From assembly GCA_963748825.1 (NCBI GenBank), contig CAVVKN010000010.1:1-64000 (forward strand): DNA of 64,000 nt, in the 5' to 3' direction. This DNA is from Methanotrichaceae archaeon. Its GTDB lineage: Archaea > Halobacteriota > Methanosarcinia > Methanotrichales > Methanotrichaceae. A model generated the notes under the pieces. It was not told the DNA's origin, made no database searches, and was given only the letters and a program-made list of their open reading frames with translations. Of the stretch, positions 43,495 to 53,489 are shown in pieces; positions within the stretch are counted from its first letter, which is position 1; each line of letters opens with the position of its first letter. Both the position numbers and the translations under genes were made by a program.

Positions 43495-44709
43495 CTACCT
43501 CAGATTTAACCTGTATCCAGCGCGCTTCATCGCCTCCTCGATCTCTTTGATGTGCCCAAATCCTTTCGTCTCCAGCTCCAGGTCCACTTGGGTGAAGTTG
43601 ATGGGCAGCCCCCACTGATTGCGAGCGTGATGGATATGAACCACATTGGCCTGGAGACTCGCTATCAGGCCGAGTAGCCTGGCCAGGGATCCAGGCACAT
43701 CCGCCAGGCAGACGGAAAAGCGCATCATCCTGCCCTCCTGGAGAAGCCCTTTGGCGATAATTCTGTCCAAAATCAAGCTATCCACGTTGCCGCCGCTGAT
43801 GACCAGCACAACCCGGCTCCCTTTTGCAATTTCAAGCGCCCCGCCAAGAAGAGCGGCAAGTGGCACAGCGCCTGCTCCTTCCGCAAGGATTCGCTTTCGT
43901 TCCAGAAGCATCAGGACTGCAGACGCGATCTGGTCCTCGTTTACCATCACTATCTCGTCCACCAACCTTTGAATGATGGAAAAAGCAGCATCTCCCACCC
44001 GGGTAACCATGATGGCATCGGCGAGAGAGCCCCTCTCCTCCGCTTTCAGCTCCACCGGCCTTCCAGCCTTAACAGCCTCAATAGCAGAAGAGCAGGCAGA
44101 GGACTGAACCCCAACCACGCAGATAGCAGGACGAATGGTTTTAGCTGCCGTGGCTATGCCGGCAATCAGTCCGCCGCCACCCACGGGAACGAGGATGTAG
44201 TCCGCATCGGGCAGATCCTCCAGGATCTCCAGGCCGATGGTCCCCTGGCCGGTGATTACCTCTTCATCATCATAGGGATGTACGAAGGTCCTTCCCGTCT
44301 CGGTGGCCATTCGCTGCCCCACACTTATGCTCTCCACCAGGCTTTGCCCTTCCAAAATCAGCTCTGCACCGTAACCTCTGGTTGCCAGCTGCTTGGTTAA
44401 TGTGGCCCAGACAGGCATGATAATAGTAGCAGGCACGGAGACGGCGCGTGCGGCCAGGGCCACACCCTGGGCATGATTGCCCACAGACGCTGCTATCACA
44501 CCGTTGTCTTTTATCTCATCAAGATGGGAAAGGATCTTGAAAGTCGCTCCGCGAATCTTGAACGATCCGCCCTTTTGCAGGTTTTCGAGCTTGAGATACA
44601 CCTGCGCCCCAGTCATTTCGCTGAATGTTGGCGAATAGACAAGAGGAGTGCGCAGGACTCTGCCATGAAGAAGCTTTCCTGCACTTTGAATATCGGCCAG
44701 GGAGATCAT
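43495..44709 (-). CDS. ilvA: Threonine ammonia-lyase with C-terminal ACT domain
   Basis: KLENLQKGGSFKIRGA, GNHAQG, VPVGGGGL, ISGGN, DVPGSL ACT motif. Confidence 0.92.
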   Translation of the reverse strand: MISLADIQSAGKLLHGRVLRTPLVYSPTFSEMTGAQVYLKLENLQKGGSFKIRGATFKILSHLDEIKDNGVIAASVGNHAQGVALAARAVSVPATIIMPVWATLTKQLATRGYGAELILEGQSLVESISVGQRMATETGRTFVHPYDDEEVITGQGTIGLEILEDLPDADYILVPVGGGGLIAGIATAAKTIRPAICVVGVQSSACSSAIEAVKAGRPVELKAEERGSLADAIMVTRVGDAAFSIIQRLVDEIVMVNEDQIASAVLMLLERKRILAEGAGAVPLAALLGGALEIAKGSRVVLVISGGNVDSLILDRIIAKGLLQEGRMMRFSVCLADVPGSLARLLGLIASLQANVVHIHHARNQWGLPINFTQVDLELETKGFGHIKEIEEAMKRAGYRLNLR

Positions 44710-44802
44710 GGTATCATATCCATGGGCAAGAACTTAACCATTTTGTAGATGTTATGGATGGTAGGAATTGGTTTATTTTCATGGAGATGAAATAGCATAC
44801 TG

Positions 44803-45675
44803 ATGAATGGCCTACAAAGCCCAGCCTGGCAGGCTAAAGATCCGGCTCGATCCCGGACCGTTCGAGAGGTTGTCGAGTTCTACATGATCGATTTTAAAAC
44901 ATCCCTGGGAAGAGCGATAGATATCACCATCATCTTTCTCAACCTCTTGCTTGTGGCCATCTTTGTAATCGATACATATAGAATTTCCGACAGCCTGAGG
45001 GACCTGCTCTGGAAGCTTGAGATACTTATCGTCGGCATCTTCATTTTTGAATATTTACTCAGGCTTTACGGCGCGCCCAACAGATTGTCTTATGTCAAGG
45101 ACATTTACAGCATCATCGACCTATTGGCAATAATGCCCACCCTCATACTGCTGGCTCTTCCCCCATCCTACTTCATTTATGATATCAGAGTCATCCAGAC
45201 TATTCGAGTCCTAGCCGTCCTCCGTATCTTCAGGTTCCTCAGGTTCATCGCCCAAAACCATCTTTTCTTCGGATTCATTAGCCGTGGGATGGTGAATGTC
45301 GCCCGGCTCGTGGTGAGCATAATCATAATTTTCTTTGTATACTCAGGACTGTTCTATTTTGTAGAAAGCCCAGTGAACCCAGGTGTTCAGAATTTTGGAG
45401 ATGCGTTCTACTTCACAGTAGTCGCCATATCCACCGTAGGTTTCGGAGATATTGTACCTGTATCTGGGGCAGGCAGGTTTGTTACCGTGGCTATGATAAT
45501 CTCTGGCATCATCCTCATTCCCTTTCAGGCAGCCAGGATCTTTCGGGCCTGGCTTATGACTGGGCGCGAAAAAAAGGTGCTGATCTGCCCCAGTTGCGGG
45601 CTGGATAGGCATGATGAAGATGCAAAATACTGCAAAAATTGTGGTGAGATTCTTCCTGGCGGCACCGACGGCTAA
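44803..45675 (+). CDS. Potassium channel (6-TM ion transporter) with C-terminal zinc ribbon
   Basis: Pore motif STVGFGD, S4-like RVLAVLRIFRFLR, CPSCG...CKNCG. Confidence 0.9.
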   Translation: MNGLQSPAWQAKDPARSRTVREVVEFYMIDFKTSLGRAIDITIIFLNLLLVAIFVIDTYRISDSLRDLLWKLEILIVGIFIFEYLLRLYGAPNRLSYVKDIYSIIDLLAIMPTLILLALPPSYFIYDIRVIQTIRVLAVLRIFRFLRFIAQNHLFFGFISRGMVNVARLVVSIIIIFFVYSGLFYFVESPVNPGVQNFGDAFYFTVVAISTVGFGDIVPVSGAGRFVTVAMIISGIILIPFQAARIFRAWLMTGREKKVLICPSCGLDRHDEDAKYCKNCGEILPGGTDG

Positions 45676-45699
45676 TGCAATTTTTCCATTTGCTTAGCT

Positions 45700-47643
45700 T
45701 CAGGAGGAATTCGCGGAATTCTCCTTTATCCTCGATCCGCCCGGGGGCAGGAACTGCACCAACTGATCTACAGAGGCGACAGACTTCAGGAATGCTCTGT
45801 CATCCACCTTATCAGAAAACTGTCGGTAAATCTTCTTAGCCAAATCATCGGCATTCAGCTCGCCCGGCTCGATCTCCACCACGGGATCGGCTTTGGGCTT
45901 TACTGCCGAGACCGGCCCACCTACGAGTATGCCTTCTGATATGCCCAGGGCCAGGCCCAGAGGCGTATCTTTAAAGTAAGTACGCTCCCCACGAATGACA
46001 AAAGCGCCCTTCTTCAAAAATTCACCCGATTCAGGAGTCTTGCTGACCTGATCACCCGTGATCATGTAGCAATCGGCAGCCACAAGTCCACCTTTCCAGA
46101 CAGAGGAGTAGCTCACAGCAAACTGGGCCGCCTCCAGAAGAGTGCTCTCGGGGACAGGCTCGCCCTCCGTCTTGATCACGGTGAGGGGCGCTCCGGGAGC
46201 GTCCGTATGAAGAACGAGGTCGCGCCGTTCCATATATTTGGTGTAGATCTCCTCATTAGTATCCGAATCCCTTCCCCCCAGCACCATGAATCCATCGGAG
46301 GAGAAAAACCAGCGGAACCTCTCATACCACTTGGGCTTCCTCCTCCGGTAAAAGGAAACCGGGCGAGGCTTCTTTAGCGCGACCTTCCCCGCCCGAAGCA
46401 GCTTCGTGATGGCCAGGGCTTCTTTTGCGCCGCTCGCTTTTCTGGCCATCTCCTTGGCCTTCTCGTAGTACCTTTGCGCATTCTGGGGAACAGTCAGGCC
46501 GGCATGTAGCTCCAGCTCCACTCCTTCCAGGAGGACACGCATCTCGCCCTGCCCATCCAGGTAGAGGATGGTCCTGGCCTGAGAAAGGCCAGAGCCGCTG
46601 ATCTTCTCCCAGATCTGATTGTAGGAAAACCCCTTGGCTTTGGCATCGGCCACCACCCGAAGAATCTGCTCCACGCTGCCGTAAATCTGGTAGACCAGCT
46701 CCCCCTTGCAAACGAATGCCTTCTCCTGGGACTCGAACTCCTCAATCGCTTTTTGCTGCACATCGATCCTGCGATCCAGAGGGTTTTTCTTCTCCGATTC
46801 ATCCCCCTCTTTTTCTACGAAGAATGCATCAAGAGCTTCGCTGAAAGTGGCAAAGCGCTTTTTCTCCAGGCCCTCGTAGATCTTAAGAGGCCGGGAGAGA
46901 ACATCCACCGGCTCGCCCGTATCGAGAACTATGTGCGGGTCCAGGGTTTCATCAAGAAAGACTTCTCGCAGGGCCTGAAGGACCCGCTCAATCTCGCCGG
47001 GGTCCAGATCGGCGGCAGGCTTATTCTTATCCACTCCAGCAACCAGGCAGACCTCTTCGCCGTAGGTTCCGCCCATGTTCAGTCCCCGCACGATAGATCG
47101 GACCAGGTCCTGGCCGGCTGTAGCCAGCCAGGCAGAGAGATCCTCCAGAGAAATGGTTCTGGGGTCGAGCTGGCCGGGATGGTAGAGGTATTTCTCGCCG
47201 GCGGCCATTTTGCTGCCCCGGTAGACCATCTTTTTGAGCATGGAGAGAATCTGCCTGTTCTCATCGAGCAGAATCATGCTGCCTTTGGGAAACAGCTCGA
47301 TAACGAGATAATGGCGAGCGCCGCTGCGCTCCACTGCGATCTCCAGGACCCGGTCCAGGTCGTGCTGCAGGACTTCGACAATCCTGCCCCCGGAAATACG
47401 GTTCCGAAGCATGGTGGGAAATTGGGGAGGCGTTTTGGAGGCGGGACGCTCGGCTTTGGTGATATTGACCCTCTTGCCAGCCACAAGGAGCAGATCCAGC
47501 CGTCCTTCCGCCGGAGTCTGAACCGACAGCCAGATCTTGTCCGAGGACTGCTGGTAGGCCTTGCCCATAAAGCCGCCCAGGATCCTGTCGGATAGCTCCG
47601 CAGCCATGGCGGCGACGTCCACATTGCTCATCGCCTTCTTCAT
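45700..47643 (-). CDS. rqcH: Ribosome rescue protein RqcH (NFACT/Rqc2 family)
   Basis: MSNVDV, DRV, IELF, NAQRYYEKAK, WYERFRWF, GGRD...NE, KTPESGEFL.KGAFVIRG. Confidence 0.93.
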   Translation of the reverse strand: MKKAMSNVDVAAMAAELSDRILGGFMGKAYQQSSDKIWLSVQTPAEGRLDLLLVAGKRVNITKAERPASKTPPQFPTMLRNRISGGRIVEVLQHDLDRVLEIAVERSGARHYLVIELFPKGSMILLDENRQILSMLKKMVYRGSKMAAGEKYLYHPGQLDPRTISLEDLSAWLATAGQDLVRSIVRGLNMGGTYGEEVCLVAGVDKNKPAADLDPGEIERVLQALREVFLDETLDPHIVLDTGEPVDVLSRPLKIYEGLEKKRFATFSEALDAFFVEKEGDESEKKNPLDRRIDVQQKAIEEFESQEKAFVCKGELVYQIYGSVEQILRVVADAKAKGFSYNQIWEKISGSGLSQARTILYLDGQGEMRVLLEGVELELHAGLTVPQNAQRYYEKAKEMARKASGAKEALAITKLLRAGKVALKKPRPVSFYRRRKPKWYERFRWFFSSDGFMVLGGRDSDTNEEIYTKYMERRDLVLHTDAPGAPLTVIKTEGEPVPESTLLEAAQFAVSYSSVWKGGLVAADCYMITGDQVSKTPESGEFLKKGAFVIRGERTYFKDTPLGLALGISEGILVGGPVSAVKPKADPVVEIEPGELNADDLAKKIYRQFSDKVDDRAFLKSVASVDQLVQFLPPGGSRIKENSANSS

Positions 47644-47697
47644 GAGAGAAGTGTCCGAGATCAATCGATAAATAGTTGCGGATGCCTATGGAGATAG

Positions 47698-48174
47698 GTG
47701 CAGCGCTTTTTGGTGGATCTGATGCTAATGCGCCTGGGAAGGTGGCTTCGGCTCCTGGGGCAGGATGTGGCCCGCCCGGAAGGTGAGAGCGATGCCGAGT
47801 TGCTGCACCAGGCAAAAAAAGAGAGCAGGACTATTATTACCAGGGACAAAAGGCTCTCCCAGGCCTGCTTGAGCGCAGGCGCGTCGTGCCTGCTCATCCG
47901 GTCCTCGAAAATTTCCGATCAGCTACTGGAGATGGCCGATGCGGGGGTGCCCCTGCGGCTTGATCCACAGAGATGCACGCTGTGCAACGGCCTTCTAGAG
48001 GAGAAGGAAATGCGTGGGATGAAGAGGTGGCAGTGCCGGGCTTGCAAGAAGCTCTATTGGGAAGGCGGCCACTGGCAGAAGATGGAAAAGATACTGCAAG
48101 CTATTCGTTCTCGAAGAGAGGGAAATGCCGAGCTGACTGTTGGCGCAAAGGCAAATGAGGACCATTCCAAATGA
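47698..48174 (+). CDS. Mut7-C RNase-domain (PIN-like) protein
   Basis: RFLVDLML.RLGRWLRLLG.D, TRD, RCTLCNG, CRACKKLYWEGGH. Confidence 0.88.
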   Translation: MQRFLVDLMLMRLGRWLRLLGQDVARPEGESDAELLHQAKKESRTIITRDKRLSQACLSAGASCLLIRSSKISDQLLEMADAGVPLRLDPQRCTLCNGLLEEKEMRGMKRWQCRACKKLYWEGGHWQKMEKILQAIRSRREGNAELTVGAKANEDHSK

Positions 48175-48192
48175 ACGCATGACTGCCAGTGA

Positions 48193-48894
48193 TCAAGCTT
48201 TGAAGACCCTCTTTTTGGATGCCTTCTGCCTTACCTGGGTTCTACCCCTCGTTTTCAAATATTCGGCAATCTGCGGATTTGCCGCCCCTATCGACCAGAG
48301 GTGAGAGCCGTTCAGGCAGAACAGGGGCTGGTATTGATATTCATTTCCCGGCACTATAAACGGATCGGCCGGCGTAAGCTGGGAAGGGATGGCATCCAGG
48401 GTGGACTCCAGGAGGCACCAGTGGCCCAGCTCATTCTGGTAGACCACCCAGGCATGACCGTAGGCTCCATCCGGTGTGGAGACCTGGCCCAAAACCACGC
48501 GCACGCAGTGCTCGGAAATGCCGCTGGCCAAAAGAAGAGTGGCCAGCAGGAAAGAGGAATCCTCGCAGTCGCCCTTGTGCAAGACGAGCGTCTCCTCCGG
48601 AAAGAGCCAGAAGTCCTCCAGGCCAAAGGAATTTTTGTCTGTGACATATTGCACGGATCTTGCAGCATAATCCCAGATCTTCCAGGCCCGCAGGTCAAAG
48701 GTGCCCTGCTCGCGAACAGAGGGTAGATCGATATCCTGCAAAGCCCTCTGGATAACCTCGCTATTCGTGGAGGTGAGCCAGGCCCGAATGTCGGTGGGAA
48801 TGTAGATGCCCAAGTTGCCGATGACCGCTCTTTTGTCCCACATAATCGTATCTCTGACAATTGCATCCCCTGCCCAGTTGAAGCCTGTAGCCAT
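48193..48894 (-). CDS. Transglutaminase-like cysteine peptidase
   Basis: FWLFPEETL...GDCED...GHAWV...LLEST catalytic Cys/His pattern. Confidence 0.85.
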   Translation of the reverse strand: MATGFNWAGDAIVRDTIMWDKRAVIGNLGIYIPTDIRAWLTSTNSEVIQRALQDIDLPSVREQGTFDLRAWKIWDYAARSVQYVTDKNSFGLEDFWLFPEETLVLHKGDCEDSSFLLATLLLASGISEHCVRVVLGQVSTPDGAYGHAWVVYQNELGHWCLLESTLDAIPSQLTPADPFIVPGNEYQYQPLFCLNGSHLWSIGAANPQIAEYLKTRGRTQVRQKASKKRVFKA

Positions 48895-49190
48895 CTAGAA
48901 CCACTCCAAATCTAGTATAATAATTTTAGCTAGTTATATTTAAGATTTTTGATCAAGAGATTGCAGAGAATGCAGTTGAAAGTGACTTGAAAAATTTTTA
49001 CCTTAAAATATTTTGTTAAAATTAAGACAGAAATTGCTCGGGTCCAATCAGGAGAGCAGCTCAGTCGGCTGATCAATGAATCTACTTTGTATTCCGGCTC
49101 TTCACTATTTCCATTAACCATCCAAAGCTGCAAGGAATCTGTAATTGCCATGTGGTTAACGCTATATTATTGCAGAGCACTATTGCCTGC

Positions 49191-49538
49191 ATGGCCAGAG
49201 ATCTGAATGAGAGGGACCTGCAGATTTTAATAAAGCTGGTTCCGGAGCTGGAAGCGCTGCAGAAGAAGGGAATTGAGATTGAGTACCTGAATATTCTGCC
49301 TCCTGTGGCCAATCACCACTCCCGGAGCGTGCAGGAGTTCGAGCAGCGCTTGAAAAAGCTCTCTGTCGAGGATATGCGCTATCTGGCCGACCTGGTTTTG
49401 GAGGGGACGGAGAGTACCGGCTGCCTTTATCCCGATTTTGCCGAGGTCTTCTTCACTGTGGCCGGGCAGATGCTTTCAGAGAGCGTGGCCGATCAGCTCC
49501 GGGAGGCATACGAGTCGGGTGAGGGATGCGGAGGATAA
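49191..49538 (+). CDS. Hypothetical protein
   Basis: MARDLNERD...ILPPVANH...ESTGCL; 3' end is duplicated at 50459-50545. Confidence 0.7.
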   Translation: MARDLNERDLQILIKLVPELEALQKKGIEIEYLNILPPVANHHSRSVQEFEQRLKKLSVEDMRYLADLVLEGTESTGCLYPDFAEVFFTVAGQMLSESVADQLREAYESGEGCGG

Positions 49539-49785
49539 AAACATCTGGCTAAAAATGCAATTGGAGCGCCCGGCCAGCTCTCGGGCGGGCCCGCTTGCAT
49601 GCGCACGCGTGGGGACGGCAGCCGGCCTTGGGCAGCTTCTCGACATGTTGCCCCATGCATGCGGGTGGAGCGGTGGCGAAGAAGGCTGGGCTCGTCGGGG
49701 TCAGATGAGTGCTAGCAAGAACGTAAGACTCTAGAAGGCCGATATCTTCGCAATGCTTATAGCCTCGCAGGAAGGAGTAAACATC

Positions 49786-49941
49786 ATGGCAGGAGCTGAA
49801 AGCAAGAAGCTATCACTTACCGTCGAGGATGATCTCAAGATCGTGGCGGGATCCCTTGAAGGCCTGGCAGAACATCGGGCTGGCAAAGGGAAAAGCTTTG
49901 ATAGCGTTGATGATCTTAAAGCCTATCTGGAGAAGCTCTGA
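49786..49941 (+). CDS. Putative antitoxin
   Basis: Short ORF ending GKGKSFDSVDDLKAYL (typical RelB-type tail), GGAG RBS, directly upstream of RelE. Confidence 0.7.
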   Translation: MAGAESKKLSLTVEDDLKIVAGSLEGLAEHRAGKGKSFDSVDDLKAYLEKL

Positions 49942-49946
49942 GGGGC

Positions 49947-50213
49947 ATGGCGTACATCTTACGCCTCACTCCCAGATTTGAGAAGAACTTTCAGCGGCTC
50001 ACTAAGAAGGATCATGTTTTGCGGGATCGCGTCTATAACAAGCTCTCCGAGATCCGCGATAACCCATTCATCGGTGAGACGCTTAGTCATAACCTGGCTG
50101 GCATGATGAGCACCCACGTTGGCAATTGGGTGATTATCTACATAGTTGAGGACGAAATGATCGTCCTTCTGAACTTCGATCACCATGACCGTGCCTACTT
50201 CAGGCCGCTCTAG
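49947..50213 (+). CDS. RelE/ParE-family toxin
   Basis: YILRLTPRFEKNFQRL...NPFIGETL...HVGNWVIIY...FDHHDRAY. Confidence 0.85.
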   Translation: MAYILRLTPRFEKNFQRLTKKDHVLRDRVYNKLSEIRDNPFIGETLSHNLAGMMSTHVGNWVIIYIVEDEMIVLLNFDHHDRAYFRPL

Positions 50214-50458
50214 ACTTTTGGCTGCGCATGTTGGCAAATAAGCCTTTTTGGCTGCTATCCCAAGCCAGTCATTGATGCCAGGCTGCGGCCCCAGGCCCGC
50301 GAGCGCGGGACGCAGGCGCTTGTGCGTCCCAATGGCCACGATTTGCCTCATGGACACAACTGAGCGCACGAGAATGTGGGGCCTAGGCGAGGAATAGCGG
50401 ACAGTAGCGGCATGAGCCGTCTGGACGGACATCTGCTATTTACAGCAAGCATGGCACG

Positions 50459-50545
50459 CTACCGTGGCCAGTCAGATTCTTTCGGAAAACGTGTCCGATT
50501 AGCTCCGGGAGGCGTACGAGTCCGGGGGGGTGCGGGGGATGAAAG
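50459..50545 (+). repeat. Degenerate direct repeat of the 3' end of the 49191..49538 gene (49453-49540)
   Basis: Translates TVASQILSENVSD*LREAYESG versus TVAGQMLSESVADQLREAYESG. Confidence 0.8.
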
Positions 50546-50644
50546 AGCGCCTGTGGTGGTGCTAATATATGCAATTATATATTTTAGTTGCAAGTAAAAA
50601 CCACCAAACGACGACAGATCAATTGGCCTAGACCGCGCTGAATA

Positions 50645-53016
50645 CTATCCTGAGCTACGACGCTGATCGCAGTATTGCTCCAGAGCCTGCTGGACTCTTC
50701 GGCGGTCTCGTTCCTTACGCAAGCGGAGTTGCAGGGCGCGATGCAGGTGTTGGCAGGCCGCCTTTTCATCCCCATCGGGCAACAAACATTCCACCGCAAA
50801 GTGATAATGGTTGAGCGGGTTTGTCTCGTCCAAGCTTAGCGCTTCATTAAAGAATTGCCTGGCTAGGGCGAAATCTTTTCGCCGTGCAAGGAGAACGCCG
50901 AAGGTAGAAAGGATGAGCGCCTGCCCTTGCCGCTTGGATACGCATTTCAAGCCTCGTTCCAGTATCTTCTGGGCTGTGCTATCGTCGCCATGTCTGGCCT
51001 CCATCAGTGCCCAGACCTGATACACCGAAACGCTTTTCGGATCTGTCTGTGCGGCCTGTTGGAAGAGTTCACGCGCCCGCTCGTAGTTGCCCTGCTCCTT
51101 TTCCATCAGTGCCCAGGCCTTATACGCAAAGGCGTTATTGGGATCGGCTTGTGCCGCCTGCTCGAATAGTATCCGCGCCTGCTCATGGTTACCCTGCTCT
51201 TTTTCCATCAGTGCCCAAGCCCTATATACAGGGGCATGTTTGGGATCGGCTTGTGCTGCTTGCTGGAAGAGTTCACGCGCCCGCTCATAGTTGCCCAGCT
51301 CCTTTTCCATCAATGCCCAAGCATGCAAGGCGTGTGCATGTTTGGGATCGACCAGCAAGGCCTGTTGGAAGAGTTCACGTGCCCGCTCATGGTTACCTTG
51401 TTCCTTTTCCATCAATGCCCAAGCCTGAAAAGTGTGTCCATGTTTGAGATCGACCTGTGCAGCCTGTTGGAAGAGTTCACGCGCCCGCTCATGGTTACCT
51501 TGTTCCTTTTCCATCAATGCCCAGGCCTGAAAAGTAACCGGGTCTTTTGGATTAGCCCATGCCCCCTGTTTGAAGAGTTCACGCGCCTGCTCATAGTTAC
51601 CCTGCTCTTTTTCCATCAGTGCCCAGGCCTGATACACAGGTGCATGTTCGGGATCGGCCTTTGCGGCCTGTTTGAAGAGTTCACGCGCCCGCTCATGGTT
51701 ACCCTGTTCCTTTTCCATCAATGCCCAAGGCTGCAAGGTGCGGGCTTTGTTGGGGGCTACCTCTGCAGCCAGCTTGAAGAGTTGGCGTGATTGTTCGATT
51801 TGTCCCCGTCGTTTGAATGCCAATGGTAGCTGACTGAGTAGTTTGCGCTCGGGCAAGAGCGGATTGGACTGGAGCAGACTTCCCAGGGCTTGGTACAGAT
51901 CCTGGTAGAGGTAAGTATCTTCTGGCAGATATCTGCCGCAGAGTAATCCCAGGGCGGCCTCAGCTATCCAGGGGTGGCGGGTATTGAGCAGCTGCTCTTC
52001 CTCGGTACTGATTTCGAGCAGTTCGCCCTGCAAGGGATGAAGCAATCGGTGAGTAATCCTGTCCTCCTTCATGCTAACAAACCCTGCAAGCAGTGGGCGT
52101 GTCATTCCGAAGTTGAAACGGTGCACCAAGGCAATACCGGCATAGCTGCGCAACAGGAATTCTGTTGTTTCTTGACCGTGCCTTTTGGAGAGATCTTCGA
52201 AGACGCTTTCCAGAATTTGCCCAAAAGATTGGCCACGCCGCGCCGTCAGTAGGGCGGGAAGAAGTTGTCCGTCAGCCTCCAGGCGGTCCAAAAAGTGACT
52301 TACACGTTGGTCAGGTGAGAGGCTGGCTAGGGCACCCAGAGCATCGGCCTGATCCAGGCACTGCAAGAGATCTTGCACCTCGTCTTTCTGCAGCCGATCC
52401 AGCCGAAATTCTCGCAAGTAGGCCATGCGCTGGAAGGCGCTCCGAAGTTCGCTATTTTCCCAATCGTGCTGCCGGGCGCTTCCCAGCACGATGAAAGGCA
52501 GGCCGCTTTCGGCCAGGTCGGAGATCAGGTTGGGGAGTTTTTCTTCATAGGCAATCTCGTCAAAGCATATAACCAATCGTTGTTCCCCTGTCAGCGGAAG
52601 AAGGTAACTGCTCAGGACATGGCCGTAATGTCGCCATAAAACTGGGTGGCCGGCCTCAGCCAGTTTCCAGGCAGCGCGCATCAAGAGAGTGGTTTTTCCT
52701 TCCCCGGAAAGGCCGGTGATGATGCCTACGCGTTGAGCAGGCAGCTTAGGGTCGGTAACGAATTTAAGCAGATCGTCAAGCATGCGACGAGGGGAGTCGT
52801 GTTGTGCTGCAATATTCGCCCAATTGGGGCGCGTGCCATTGTAAAAGTCAGAAAGTCAGCAGGGGTGCGCGATCCTTGCATAGTGCGAAAGTCCTCGTCC
52901 AACGGATGATAGGCAAACTCTCCCTGGGCCGAAAGGGAAACCTGGTTGCCGTCCCCGGTGATGATGACCGTTCTGGTGGCATCGCCCTCAATTGTGACCT
53001 GCTGCGCAGTCTCCAT
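50645..53016 (-). pseudogene. NLR-like protein (N-terminal amyloid-type motif, P-loop NTPase, TPR/HAT repeats), frameshifted
   Basis: GLSGEGKTT Walker A, ICFDE Walker B, 34-aa repeats; tandem 8-bp duplication AAAGTCAG at 52844-52859 breaks the frame, and removing one copy gives ...PADFYNGTRPNWANIA...RRMLDD. Confidence 0.85.
50990..51790 (-). repeat. About eight highly similar 102-bp TPR-coding repeats
   Basis: Recurrent TTTTCCATCA(G/A)TGCCCA and GAAGAGTTCACGCGCC at 102-bp spacing; protein WALMEKEQGNxERARELFxQA. Confidence 0.9.
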
Positions 53017-53057
53017 CTTGCTCCTTCATCCGTCTTTAATTCTCGTCGGATATTGCA

Positions 53058-53482
53058 TCATTTGACTTGATTGCTGTCTCCGGTGACAATAACGCTCCCA
53101 CTGACATTCCCGCCAATAGCCACCGATCGCTCACCCCTAGCGATAGCCTTAACATTGCTGGCCTTTGCCTCCTGCCACATGCGGGAAACTTCATCCGCCA
53201 GTTTTTCATCCTCTGCCAGGATTTTCTTAAGCTGCAAGCGCAAGGCCGCCTGTGCGTCTTCATCTTTTGGAGCCGCTACTACATCCGTCACCGCCTCTAG
53301 CGCCGCAGGCTTGGCCTCGACCTTAGGGCGTAGTTTTCCCCACAATCCTTTAGCACTTTCCAGAGCATCTACGCCAAGTTTCTTGCTCGCTTCCTCGGCG
53401 GCCTTCCCGCCCAACTAACCAGATCTGGAAGGAAAGGGGCGAGGAAAGCGGTTATTTCTGTTGCCAATATTGTAACGTCCAT
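53058..53482 (-). pseudogene. Bell-domain-like protein with C-terminal amyloid-type motif, 1-bp frameshift
   Basis: MDVTILATEITAFLAPFLPDLV / LGGKAAEEASKKLG...DEDAQAALRLQLKKIL...RGERSVAIGGNVSGSVIVTGDSNQVK; one base missing near 53416. Confidence 0.8.
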
Positions 53483-53489
53483 CGGACAT

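Noticed and set aside
52844-52859. 8-bp duplication as a footprint of the neighbouring IS66-like element
   Set aside because: That element shows only a 4-bp flanking repeat (ACAT), so the sizes do not match; origin left open
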